Shown here: positions 39,303 to 50,300 of the stretch, piece after piece
Layout: every line of letters begins with the position of its first letter
How positions within the stretch are numbered: position 1 is the stretch's first letter
From: a virus
Direction: 5' to 3' (one strand)
IMG/VR virus record: IMGVR_UViG_3300044591_002613
DNA length: 64,000 bases
Notes under the pieces: model-generated
Database searches by the model: none
Told to the model about the DNA's origin: nothing
The model's input: the letters and a program-made list of their open reading frames with translations, nothing else
Program-made: the position numbers and the translations under genes

Positions 39303-42150
39303 CCTGTGGCTTTTTGGTTAAACCAATCTCCTCTAAACTATTATGCATAAGTTTTTTGACGGCTTTTGCCGCCTCTTCTCCGACGCCTTTTAAAACACAG
39401 AGGGGAACGCGTATCTTGTCCCCTTCAATGACAAAATCTGTTGTATCGGAGTGAAGAACCGAAGGCTGCAAAAGTTTGTCGGAAATAAGTTGAGAGTATT
39501 CTCGCAATTTGTCTTCGTCTCCATATTCAACACTAAGCTCTGCAGTCCAAAATTCTAGAGGGTAGTTATTTTTAAGCCACGCCGTAGCGTAAGAAACAAT
39601 ACCGTAAGATGTGCTGTGGGCACAATTAAATCCGTAGCGTGCTGAAGCAATTACCATTTCTCGCAATTCGTGTAACTGATTTTCTGTCCACGATGAATCT
39701 TTTGCAATAATACGTTTTTCCATGTCATCCAAAATTTCATTAATAAGTTTCTTGTCCTTTTTACCAATACCTCGTCGCAGGTTTTCCGCTTCTTCAAAAG
39801 AATAGCCGCCAACTTCTCGAGCTAACTTTAGAATTTGTTCCTGAAACAACGGCACTCCAAATGTAGAACCAAAAATGGATTCAAGCGAGGAATGGATGTA
39901 ATAAGGCTTTTGGTTGCCTGCAGAGCATTGTACGTAAAATTCCATGGCATTACCGTGGAATCCATTTGGACGTTCATCAGATGGCTGCAAATGCATCTGC
40001 CAGTCAATTGTAGAAGGTCGGTAAAGCGCAATAAGGTTAGAAATATCTACAATGTTTTTTGGCTTAGTTCTTACGCACAAAGATCGAATACCGGACGTAT
40101 TGGTTTGGAATGTTGCATCAGTTTTACCAGTGTGATAGATGTTTTCAAACACCTGTTCATTATGTTCAAACTCACCCCATTTTAAATCAATACCGTAGCG
40201 TTGTTTGATTAGTTCAAAGGTTTTCTTGATTGTTTGCATTTTTTTAACGCCGAGCACATCAAACTTTACAGCTTTATACCATTCCAAATCTTTTGGACAC
40301 CATGCGGTAACAAGCGCACCGTTTTTTCCCCCAACACGGCACACTGGAAGCCAGTATTTGCTTTCGGTAGGGGTAACAATAAGCCCGCATGGATGAGAGG
40401 ACTTTTGCCGCATAACGCCGCACATTTGTTCAACCATCATCCAAATTTCTGGATTTTTAGCAGCATATGTTTGTAACTCTTGTGACGTCTCAAAATAACC
40501 TTGTATATGTTCGCCAGTTTCAATATCCTCATAGCCAAACAGCCATTCTGTTTCATCTTTCCCTTGTGGGACAAGTGGCATTGATTTGGTAAGAATTTCT
40601 GTTTCTTGGCGAACGGCACCAAGGATAAAGCGCTCGGCATCTTTAATAGCAGAGCGCGGCTTAAGGTTTTGATTTACTGAAATTGGCAAGACTCGATTTG
40701 GATACATTTCATGTATCATAGCCAGAGCTTCATCTTTAACATCAAAATCCAAGTCGCAGTCGGGCAAAGAGCCAGATTTAATACGACCTAGTGTGATGTG
40801 GCGCTCAAATTGTAAGTCATATTTAATTGGATCTGTAACAGATGCCCCTACAGCAAAATACGAAAGGCTACCGCCAGCCGAACCGCGAGTATTAACAAGA
40901 ATATTACGTTTTTCTGCTTCGTCGCAAATCTCACTTACTGTCCTCAAGTAAGCTAATCCATCAAACACGCCATTATTGCCAAGGACTTTAATCTCGTAAT
41001 TAAGACGATCTGCGTAATCTTTTTCGTCTAAGTTAATTCGTTTTTCGGCTTTAATTTTATTAACAATCCATTTCAAGTTAGAATCTTCATAACCTGGCAT
41101 AATCCATTCTTTAGATGGACCAAATTCATAACCATTAAACTTTTCTGCATAGTCTTCGGTATTATCTAGCAACTCTTCAATAAATTTATCGTCTAAGCCG
41201 CCATATTTTTTAGCCTCATATGCATATTCCTCCGCTCCACGCATATGTTGAAAGTTAGACATAATCCAATCCGAACCGTAATTCTTGGAATCTTGGATTA
41301 CTTTATCTTTTTTACGGGCGTAATGTGAATCAAGCGAAACAATAGGTTTAATATTTAATGGGCCTGTAACGTGCTCACGGCGCACATTGTTTACTGCCTT
41401 GCCGATATTTGGGGTATCTTGCCCGTATTGCAACAGATGTGGTGAGCATTCATTAAGTTCAAGCGCGGCCTCTTTGATAATTTTGCCTTCTTCAACTTTG
41501 GCAGGCGCATAATATTTACTTAGGTCGTCTACGATCCACTCGTCGTAAACATTGTCCCTGCCTACTAGGCTCACAACCCACTCAAGACGCTCACGTGACT
41601 CCTTAACGTTGCCGTGTTTATAAATAGGGTAGTTAAAGAACGAACCGATACAGCCAGTTCCTATGACAATACCAAGGGCTGCCAGCTCTTCAAGATGTTC
41701 GATAGTCATAACGGGTTTTACATCTCCCCATTTGACTTCCATATGTTTTTCGTCATACAGCGTATGTGTTAATTCACAGTACTTTTGAAATGCTGTACTG
41801 GTCTTAAATCCTATTGTGATGTGGGTAGATTTTTCATCTTTCGGGTGACGAATATATGCTTCTACTGAATGGAACAGCTTTATTTTCTTTTCTTTCTTGT
41901 TGATTTTTTCGGCTTCGCGAAACAACGCAACAGCGCTGTTAACATTTCCATGCTCGGAAAGGGTAAAGTGTGTGTATTCTAGCTCTACAGCTCGTTCAAC
42001 CATAGTCTGAACGGTTGAACCGCCATCCAACGAGAAGTGGGAGTGGCAATGCAGATTTGCACAAATTCTTTTATTTTTCCAACGGTTATTCCACGGTCGT
42101 TTTTCTTCTGGATGCTGGTCGACAAAATCAAACAATTTAAAATGTGACAT
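39211..42150 (-). CDS. dnaE: DNA polymerase III alpha (family C), N-terminal part: PHP, palm, fingers, start of HhH
   Basis: PHP motifs LHCHSHFS, EHGN and DSHY. RGSAGGSL, catalytic PDCDLD, HPCG, KFDVLG, ALYRP, FQEQ, YGFNCAHS and LKGVG. Ends in a Lys-rich tail with no OB fold. Confidence 0.93.
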   Translation of the reverse strand: MSHFKLFDFVDQHPEEKRPWNNRWKNKRICANLHCHSHFSLDGGSTVQTMVERAVELEYTHFTLSEHGNVNSAVALFREAEKINKKEKKIKLFHSVEAYIRHPKDEKSTHITIGFKTSTAFQKYCELTHTLYDEKHMEVKWGDVKPVMTIEHLEELAALGIVIGTGCIGSFFNYPIYKHGNVKESRERLEWVVSLVGRDNVYDEWIVDDLSKYYAPAKVEEGKIIKEAALELNECSPHLLQYGQDTPNIGKAVNNVRREHVTGPLNIKPIVSLDSHYARKKDKVIQDSKNYGSDWIMSNFQHMRGAEEYAYEAKKYGGLDDKFIEELLDNTEDYAEKFNGYEFGPSKEWIMPGYEDSNLKWIVNKIKAEKRINLDEKDYADRLNYEIKVLGNNGVFDGLAYLRTVSEICDEAEKRNILVNTRGSAGGSLSYFAVGASVTDPIKYDLQFERHITLGRIKSGSLPDCDLDFDVKDEALAMIHEMYPNRVLPISVNQNLKPRSAIKDAERFILGAVRQETEILTKSMPLVPQGKDETEWLFGYEDIETGEHIQGYFETSQELQTYAAKNPEIWMMVEQMCGVMRQKSSHPCGLIVTPTESKYWLPVCRVGGKNGALVTAWCPKDLEWYKAVKFDVLGVKKMQTIKKTFELIKQRYGIDLKWGEFEHNEQVFENIYHTGKTDATFQTNTSGIRSLCVRTKPKNIVDISNLIALYRPSTIDWQMHLQPSDERPNGFHGNAMEFYVQCSAGNQKPYYIHSSLESIFGSTFGVPLFQEQILKLAREVGGYSFEEAENLRRGIGKKDKKLINEILDDMEKRIIAKDSSWTENQLHELREMVIASARYGFNCAHSTSYGIVSYATAWLKNNYPLEFWTAELSVEYGDEDKLREYSQLISDKLLQPSVLHSDTTDFVIEGDKIRVPLCVLKGVGEEAAKAVKKLMHNSLEEIGLTKKPQVAKNTKESTKRAKVLSDQKPDDNLLALRQG

Positions 42151-42151
42151 T

Positions 42152-42418
42152 TTATACTTCTTTTGTTAGTTCGTTTAATAATGCGGTTTTGTACGGTTCG
42201 GCATTAGTATCCCAAGAAATGATGTAATCTGCGAGTTGGTCCATTGTTTCAAATTTTGAAACCAAACGTTGGAATTTCACTTTTGTGGAAAGTGAGACAG
42301 AAGGGACGACGGAATCTGGTTCGTAAACCGGTGCATTGATGATAAAAAACGGATGTCCGTGATCTTCTAAAGATATATCTCGATACATTGGGTTAATTAA
42401 TTCGTATAAGTAAATCAT
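42152..42418 (-). CDS. Hypothetical protein
   Basis: 88-aa ORF in the polymerase operon. Confidence 0.55.
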   Translation of the reverse strand: MIYLYELINPMYRDISLEDHGHPFFIINAPVYEPDSVVPSVSLSTKVKFQRLVSKFETMDQLADYIISWDTNAEPYKTALLNELTKEV

Positions 42419-42678
42419 TCTTCGTATTCTTCCAATTCTTCTTCGGTTTCATCATCAGAGTTATGAAATAATGGCAGTTTCCTGGTTACCACAACTTTGT
42501 ATTGCTGATTATTGAATAAGAAATCTGTATTATAAAAATTTCGTTTCGGCTGAGTGTTTTCTATGAGCTTTATAGATCGGTAGTTTCTGGCTAAAAGCTG
42601 GTGACTGATCTCCATTAAGTCTTCTTCTTCGGTCACTTCGTGTAAGAAAGCTATTAGCTCCCCGTTGAGGTTTTTCAT
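42415..42678 (-). CDS. Hypothetical acidic protein
   Basis: 87-aa ORF with SD GGAG, first gene of the polymerase operon. Confidence 0.55.
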   Translation of the reverse strand: MKNLNGELIAFLHEVTEEEDLMEISHQLLARNYRSIKLIENTQPKRNFYNTDFLFNNQQYKVVVTRKLPLFHNSDDETEEELEEYEE

Positions 42679-42819
42679 TTCGGGTTCTCCAATCTATCCG
42701 AGGCTAGCACTAATTGTCGCTCTTGAGTTAGACATTTATTACTGAGTTATTTTACGCCTAATCCTAAACAGTTGGCTTTATATAAATATGGGGTAATATT
42801 ATAGGAAGGGGGCTGATAG

Positions 42820-44370
42820 ATGGCCAGCAAACAGTACACCGATAGATTCTCTGTACAGATAGATTTGTCACTATACTTGCAAGTTAAGAACGGTGGCAGA
42901 ATGACACTAAACCTGTTTCCTAAACTCACCGCAGACCGCTGGACATGGTTTGTTAAGAACGCTAGCGTAATCGGACAGAATTTTGAAAATTACGCAAATG
43001 GCGACGAATTTTTAACTAGGCAAATTCTTCTATTCCATGATTACGTTGAGAGCTACCAAAATGGGGCAAACGTAAATCCATTCACAGACTTGAATATTTT
43101 TGCAGAAATGTCAGAGCTTCTTGAATTGATTGAAGTTAATTCCCTAGACCTAACAGACCCTGAATCTCAGTATATAAAAGAAGAAAAACAACGCGCCGCC
43201 CAGTTTGACGTTGAGAATTTCAAGGCAATGCTTCAGTTTTTAAAAAGCCAAAGAGAAATTGCCTTTGATTTCATAGGACTCGGAGACTCTTATTATGATG
43301 GTATTAGAGGCCGAAAAAGTTCTCCAAAACAGCGAGACTACTTCATTTCTGATTTAGTGTTTTTGAACAATACTATTGAATTAGAAAAATATATTGAAGG
43401 TGTAATTTTAGAATTCAAATATCAAAAAAACATTGCGCCTAATTTATTATCATTTGCCAATTCAAAACTCATTGAAGGTGGTTCAGATGTTAGAGTGCTG
43501 GACATTTATCGCAGTTATCAAGTAGTTCCATTTGAAAAAAGTTTACACCAAATGGCCCAAGATTATCTTGGAAGTTCAGATAGATGGTATGAGCTTGTCA
43601 CTGTCAATAATTTAAAAGCGCCGTATGTCGATTTATATGGTGAAAAAGTTCTTTTATTAGAGAGTGGTAGTGCTTCAACCGTAAGAGTACCTATTTCACA
43701 ACAGGATAAATTTCGTATCAATTCATCTATCAAAATCGGTAGTCGATTGGTACCCGAAGAAGTTAGGAAAGTAGAGCGGGTAAATGACAATCGTGACGGC
43801 TCTGCTACAGTGCATCTTAGCGGAAAACAAGATCTTTCAAAACTTTTGACCAGTCATGTCGCCTACATAAGAGTTTATACGCCAGAAACTCTCTCTGATT
43901 TCTCTTTAGTAAAAATCCCACTGTCACTGGCTGCAGCAAATACAAATATTCCAGAACCTTCTGAGGGGGAACTTAAAAGGCTTGACAAAGCCTTGCTTTC
44001 TTTCGGAGTAGACGTTGCAGTAGATGATATATCTGGCGACTTGCTGCTTGGCACAGATGGTGATTTAAAATATCAATTTGGAATAAATAATTTAAGACAA
44101 ACAATTATTTCTGCTCTAAAAACAGAGCAAGGACAGCTACCTCTGCATCAGCAGTATGGTTTGGCAAATAACATCGGTTTTGCCTTGCAAGGATCGACAA
44201 CTTCTACGAAAATAGCATCTGTAATAGAGCAAACTTTAAAACGAGATTTACGTTTTACATCTGTTACACTAAAGGATATACAAATATCGGCGGATAACAA
44301 AATCGGCATGACTGTTCTTGTTACAATAGCTGGATCTAGTCAGTTGATACCATTAGCCTTTGTGATTTGA
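42820..44370 (+). CDS. Baseplate protein: LysM-like domain plus C-terminal gp25/gpW-like domain
   Basis: SLHQMAQDYLGSSDRWYELVTVNNL (LysM-like). DGDL...GINNLRQ...TEQGQLPLHQQYG...DLRFTSV (gp25-like). Confidence 0.75.
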   Translation: MASKQYTDRFSVQIDLSLYLQVKNGGRMTLNLFPKLTADRWTWFVKNASVIGQNFENYANGDEFLTRQILLFHDYVESYQNGANVNPFTDLNIFAEMSELLELIEVNSLDLTDPESQYIKEEKQRAAQFDVENFKAMLQFLKSQREIAFDFIGLGDSYYDGIRGRKSSPKQRDYFISDLVFLNNTIELEKYIEGVILEFKYQKNIAPNLLSFANSKLIEGGSDVRVLDIYRSYQVVPFEKSLHQMAQDYLGSSDRWYELVTVNNLKAPYVDLYGEKVLLLESGSASTVRVPISQQDKFRINSSIKIGSRLVPEEVRKVERVNDNRDGSATVHLSGKQDLSKLLTSHVAYIRVYTPETLSDFSLVKIPLSLAAANTNIPEPSEGELKRLDKALLSFGVDVAVDDISGDLLLGTDGDLKYQFGINNLRQTIISALKTEQGQLPLHQQYGLANNIGFALQGSTTSTKIASVIEQTLKRDLRFTSVTLKDIQISADNKIGMTVLVTIAGSSQLIPLAFVI

Positions 44371-44382
44371 TGGAGATTGATA

Positions 44383-47300
44383 ATGGCAATTACAGTTAAA
44401 AGCGTTCAATCGATTTTAGCTGACATGATCAGAAAGCTAACTGCCAATACTGACATTACAGATGTCAGCGAAGGTAGTATCACTTCCACAATTCTTGAAG
44501 CTGCCGCGTTACAAGATTATCAAAATCAAATTGGCGTTCTTAAGGTATTAGAGAGTTCCAATCTACAAACTCTAGTAGGCAGCGAACTAGACGAAAAAGC
44601 TATTGAGGCACAAACTCCTAACGGAGTTGGTGGTTTTGGTCGATTTCCCGCAAAAAGAGCTAACGGTCAAGTACGAATTTCTTCGCCTTTTACTAAAAAA
44701 TCTACCCAGGTTTATATTGGTAAACCAACTCCATACGCGGGCAGTATTAAAGTTTATCTGCAAGATTGTACTGGATGGCCATCTGCCGGCGCATTTTATT
44801 TAGGGCGTGGCTCTGCAAACGAAGAAGGCCCTATTCAATATACAAGTATTGAAAATAACAATACTTTTTGGACTTTGAATTTAAATATATCAACACCCCT
44901 GGTCAATAACCATGCATATGGCGAAACAGCTATTTTGTCGCAGGGTGGTACAAGACAAATTTCTGCAGGAACCGTGGTTGTTGCACCGGGTTCTAGCGGA
45001 AACGTTCCTGTCCAGTACACTGTAGACGGTACATTCACTCTACCTGATGGTGAAGATACTATCACTGTATCTGTCACTTGCAGCTCGTTTGGTGAAACTG
45101 GAAACGTATCAGTAGGTGCAATCAAACAGTTTTTAACACCACCATTTACCGGTGCTATTGTTTCAAACCCGTCTACAATCACAAACGGCGCTAGTGCAGA
45201 AGGCGACGAGGCTTTAAGGCTACGTATTGCAAACTATATTGCGTCACTCAGCCGTGGTACAAAACAATCTATTTCTAGTTCTTTACAAGGATTACGAGAT
45301 CCTGTTAGTGGTAAAACAATCACATCGTTAAATATTGTTGAACCAACTAATAGAATTGATTCAACAAAAATTTATATTGATGATGGTTCGGGGTTAGAGC
45401 CTTCATATCGCGGCCAAGATTTTGAACAATTGTTGGTAAATTCCAGCGGACAAGAAATCTTCTTAAAAACTTCCAACAAACCAATCACACCGTGTATTGC
45501 GGTAGGAGTTGAACCGGCTCCATACGCTTTACAAGATGGCATGTATTTGGACATCATTATTGATGGCGTTCCAACGCGATTCGAAATCAATCAATCAGAA
45601 TACACAAATCTTTCTTCCGTTTCTCCTTCGGAAATTGTGCGAGCTTTTAACAGCGTAATTCTTAGCGGGTCTTCTGCATTAGGTTTTAGAACTGCTAACG
45701 ATGGAATTACATTTTCAGTATTTGATATTTCTGGTCGAGCAGAAACTTTACAAATTCTGCCCAGCGAGCTGCAAGCTATTTTAGGATTGCCTACTCACGA
45801 AATTAGACCTATTTATGTTTATAAAAACAACAAGCTTTTATCATTTAAAGGTTTATCTGCGGTAGTCTATTCAGCGGACTTTCCATGGCTGTCTTTAACT
45901 GATTTGGATTTGCAAAATGTTAGAATGACTGTTGATGGCGTAACGCAAACTTTTACCATCGACAATAATGACCTGCTGGCCCTTGGTCGTACAATTGCAT
46001 CTGCACAGTTATCCGACTGGATCACTGTTTTTAAGAAAAAAGTTGCGGGTGTAAATGTTTATCAAGTCGGTTCAAAACTCGCCTTTGCTTCGTGGCAGTC
46101 ATTGAGCCCTACCGGTTCGATTAAAATTGAGCCTACAACTTCAACAAGCGCCCCGGCAACATGGATTGGCGTTAATAAAATATTTAAATCGTCAGACGTA
46201 TTAGAAAGTGTAGGAGCAACGCCAGATTTTGAGATTAATAGAATTAGTGGCGAAATCAAACTTTTGAATGAACCCCAACTTAATGACAATGTTACGGTTT
46301 CATCAAAATTTACCCGCGCAGAAATTCAATCAAAACCAGCACCAAGCGGTTTATTTTCTGCCGGTAATACAAACCTTGGAACTCCAAGAATTATTGTTGG
46401 CGTTGATGGTGAGTTTGAATTAAGAACACTCGGTCTTACTGGTGCAAGCTCCCTTACTCCAGAAATTTTGTCGCCTAACTCTACGGTAGTTAGGTTACAC
46501 AGCTCCGATACTGCTCTGTATTCTAGTATTCAATTAGGCGATTACATTTATTTAAATAGTGACTCGTCAGTTGCAAACAGACTGCCCGGACGAACTAACA
46601 GCGTAATGAAAGTTCTTAAAAAAGGACTTTGTACAAGAACTGTAGATCAAAATTTTAATTTAGTGCCAATGGAATATTCAACAACCGATATAAATGGCGA
46701 TGTGACATTTACTATCACTACAACAGAAGATCATAAATTTGTTGTTGGCCAATCGTTTGAAATTACAGCGGCTAGTTTAGCGGTTGGTACAAGTTTTTTA
46801 AGCTCAGAAATTATCGGTATTCACACAGTTTCCGCAGTAGACAGTAGTACTGTTTTTAAATTTAAAAAACAAATTGCAGGTGTCACCTCGGTCTTTGCGC
46901 CAAATACTATTAATTTTTCCGTTTCTAAAGATACATTTATTGATATTGAAACTTCAAAAATTGAACGAGAAGCGTTTTTTGGTATTTTTTCAAGCACACA
47001 GATCGAATCAACTCTCGGTACTCCTACTGTCAAAGTGATACTACCTAATCATGGCTTTTTACAGCTTGATTCATTTCAAATCACAGGCGCAAGTGCTTTG
47101 ACGCAATCTATTTTCCCAGGGCTGGTATTTCCAGTCACAGCCGTTGTTAAAGCTTCTCCGGCTCCAACTACGGATACTTTTTATATCGATCTTCCTGTGT
47201 CTGCTATTGCGTCCTCTGTTTCGGGCGAAACAACTATTGACGGCTTGAGCCCATTAACTCCGGCTTCTTTTGATTTGACTTCGGGAATGCTTTCAGCATT

Positions 47301-50300
47301 CAAAATTGACAATGCTGTGCCTCAAATCATAAATATTCCAGTTTCTGATTATCAAACGGCAGACGTACTTGTTTCCGAAATTAATAAACAATTGATTGGA
47401 GCCACTGCCTATAAGCTATCTCCACGACAAATTGCTATCAGATCAAATAATTTTGATCAAAACAAATCCACAATCGCTGTTTTAGCTTCTATTTCTTCTG
47501 CTACTAATATATTCAGTCAAATGATTGCAGACAGTATTCAACCGCATATTGCCGCAAAAAAGAGCGGTTTTATCGCAAGCGGTGCGCCATACATTACCAA
47601 TACTGGCGATCCGACGCTTCCAAAAGATTTTTATAATACTCGTGGTTATTTAGGATTTTCAATAACCGAAACTGAAGTTTTGAACGATGCCGCAAATCCA
47701 GCAATCGTAGCATCTGCAAACGTTATCGACTATCCAAAAGGATTGCAAGAAGCTTTTATAACCGGTCGTAATGAAAATATCATTTCTCGTATTTACAATA
47801 ATGATTCAACTTCTCCGTTTGGCGGATTCGCACGCGGAGAAGATACTATTCCGCCTCTTCCACAAACTATTTATGGTTCAAACGAAACAGAATCAAATTT
47901 ATCGTTAAGATTAAATGATATTCCATTAACTCCAGTTGACCGTTTAGTTGTACAAATGGATTTGGATTCAACTAATAAAACAACCAACATACCAATGTAT
48001 AAAAAAGCACTAACAGAAGTGGTTGAGCCGTTTGGAGCAGGCCCCGGCAACCAACTTATTTTTACTTTAAAAGACCCAGAAGATCGATTGATAACAAACG
48101 AGCCACGTCCATTTTTTGAACCTAACAGCCCATTCCGTTCGTTTGATTTTACCGATTTCAATATTCTGTTTAAGCCGACTATTATACATACTGTGTATCC
48201 GAGTTTGCCATTTGGCGGAAATCCATCAGATGCATTAGTTATTAGATCTACTCAATATGGCCCAGTGCATGATTTTAGATTTAACTTCTCTCTTCCTTTA
48301 CAACCAAATTTATCACAAATTCAATTCACCCATGAATCTTTTCAAGAAGAAGATCGTACTGTTCTAGTTATAAACTGTACTCTTTGTTCAGGCGCAGCAG
48401 TTTTAGGAACTCAATATACTGGTTCTTATACAATCACACCATCGGACTACACCAGCCCCACTGGCGCAGAAATTGTTAAATTGACAATCAGTGCGCTTTC
48501 AATTAACCTTTCGGGCGCTTTTTTGATTGGTGATATTTTAAATATTGGCGGTTCCCAGTTATATTCTGGCTCATTTTTAATTATCGAAACTCCAGATCCA
48601 GATACAATCGTTGTTTCTGCCCCTGGTATTCGTCAAACTGTATATACACCCGTTAGTTATATTTCAGATTACGCCCCTATTCAGTCGTTTACTCTTTTAC
48701 AAAAAACCATTCAAGACGTAATCACTAAAGCTGGTCAATATTATACAAACAATCCAGTGTTTACGGTTGAAGCAACTCCAACGACTAATACCAGTTCCCC
48801 AATTAAATTTCCCACATACCATACTCACGGAAATACAGTCGCAAGAACTAATCTAACAACTCTCACTGAAAGTAATTATTATCATTCCGCACGCGCACCG
48901 TTTGGATGCGTCGCACATATCCACACTTATTCTCCAATCGACAACGAGATTGTTGCGCTTGTACAGTCAGACGACTCCGTACTACCAGAATCATCTAAGA
49001 TTTTGAACACTGGGTTCAGTTCAGTTTATTCAGACCAAGAATGTGTTTTAATTCCAGCTTCAGCAAAAGCTTTAGAAAAGTGGCTTAAATTTACGGCTAT
49101 TAGCCCGCTTAATATTCAAGCTGAAATTTCTCGCGTTACTGATGAAAAAAATATTCAGCTCAATTCATTAAACTTAGGAGCTGCCGGAGCTGTTAAAATT
49201 ACTGGTGTGACTGCAAATACAGTAACAGCAAAAGCAAAAAATGCAGCCTCTAAACAAGGAACATCAGTTAAAGTAAGAACCGATTTTCCTCTTGCTCAAT
49301 CATTTGCTCGTGGATCTTTTGTTGAAGTATACAATTCAATAACTGCCCCTATTTATAGGGCATATCGCACACAACCAAGCGCATTGCCTGTTGATTCAAA
49401 AATTACTGCTACAAACTCGCCCGATATTGAAACTTGGTTTAAAATTTCAACTGTTGTTTCATATACGCGTCCATCTCCAAATAAAGGCAGATTTGTATTT
49501 AGAAAATCATTGAGCGGTATTATTGGAGATGAAACTGTTCAAATCACAAAACCAACAAGCTCAATTGCAAAAATTGCAATAACTGCCGGAACTGGTACAT
49601 TTAATACAAAAGTTGGCGATATGTTGATCCTTAGAGGATCAAAAAATGTGTCTTCTCCATACCCGATTAATTACACGTCATTATTTGGCGCTAGTAATCA
49701 GTGCGTTACACCAGCTGAAGACTTAACAGATCAATACATTGGTTATCCAGTAGTACACATTGAAGATGAAAAAATTATTTATGTGATTGGTCCAAATATT
49801 GTTCCAGAAACAGTTTCTGCACGAAAAACAACAGATTCCAACACAATGTCTGCCATTTATCAAAATACAGGCTCTTTTACTGGGTCTGTTAAAATTGGCC
49901 CATTAGTTAATATTTCTAATTTTTACGTTGGTGATACCGTAACTATTTCTGGATTTTTAAATGATTCAAATAATACAAGATCTAGAATAATCGGGAAAGA
50001 TGCATCAAATATTTATGTAACAACTGCTAGATTGAACTCAACAAACGATGAGACAAATAGAGACGGAATTGGCGTTATTCGCGAAACAACTGAATTCATG
50101 TTTGTGCCAATGCTCAAAAATGAAAAAAATATTAAAACAAATTACAAAGCTGGGGCGCCAAAAGATCTTTCTTCATGGAAATTATCTTCAAATGAGTCGG
50201 TATACTACCGAATCAAGCCATTAGGAAATGGTTTTGTTTATGTAGATTTTGCATTTGATTCACATGATGACATGCAATTGCATGATTTATCCGTGAGTTC

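Noticed and set aside
39211-39400. Possible split intein at the DnaE break
   Set aside because: No Cys/Ser-initiated N-intein block after the HhH motif, and no His-Asn/Cys junction at the start of the C-half.
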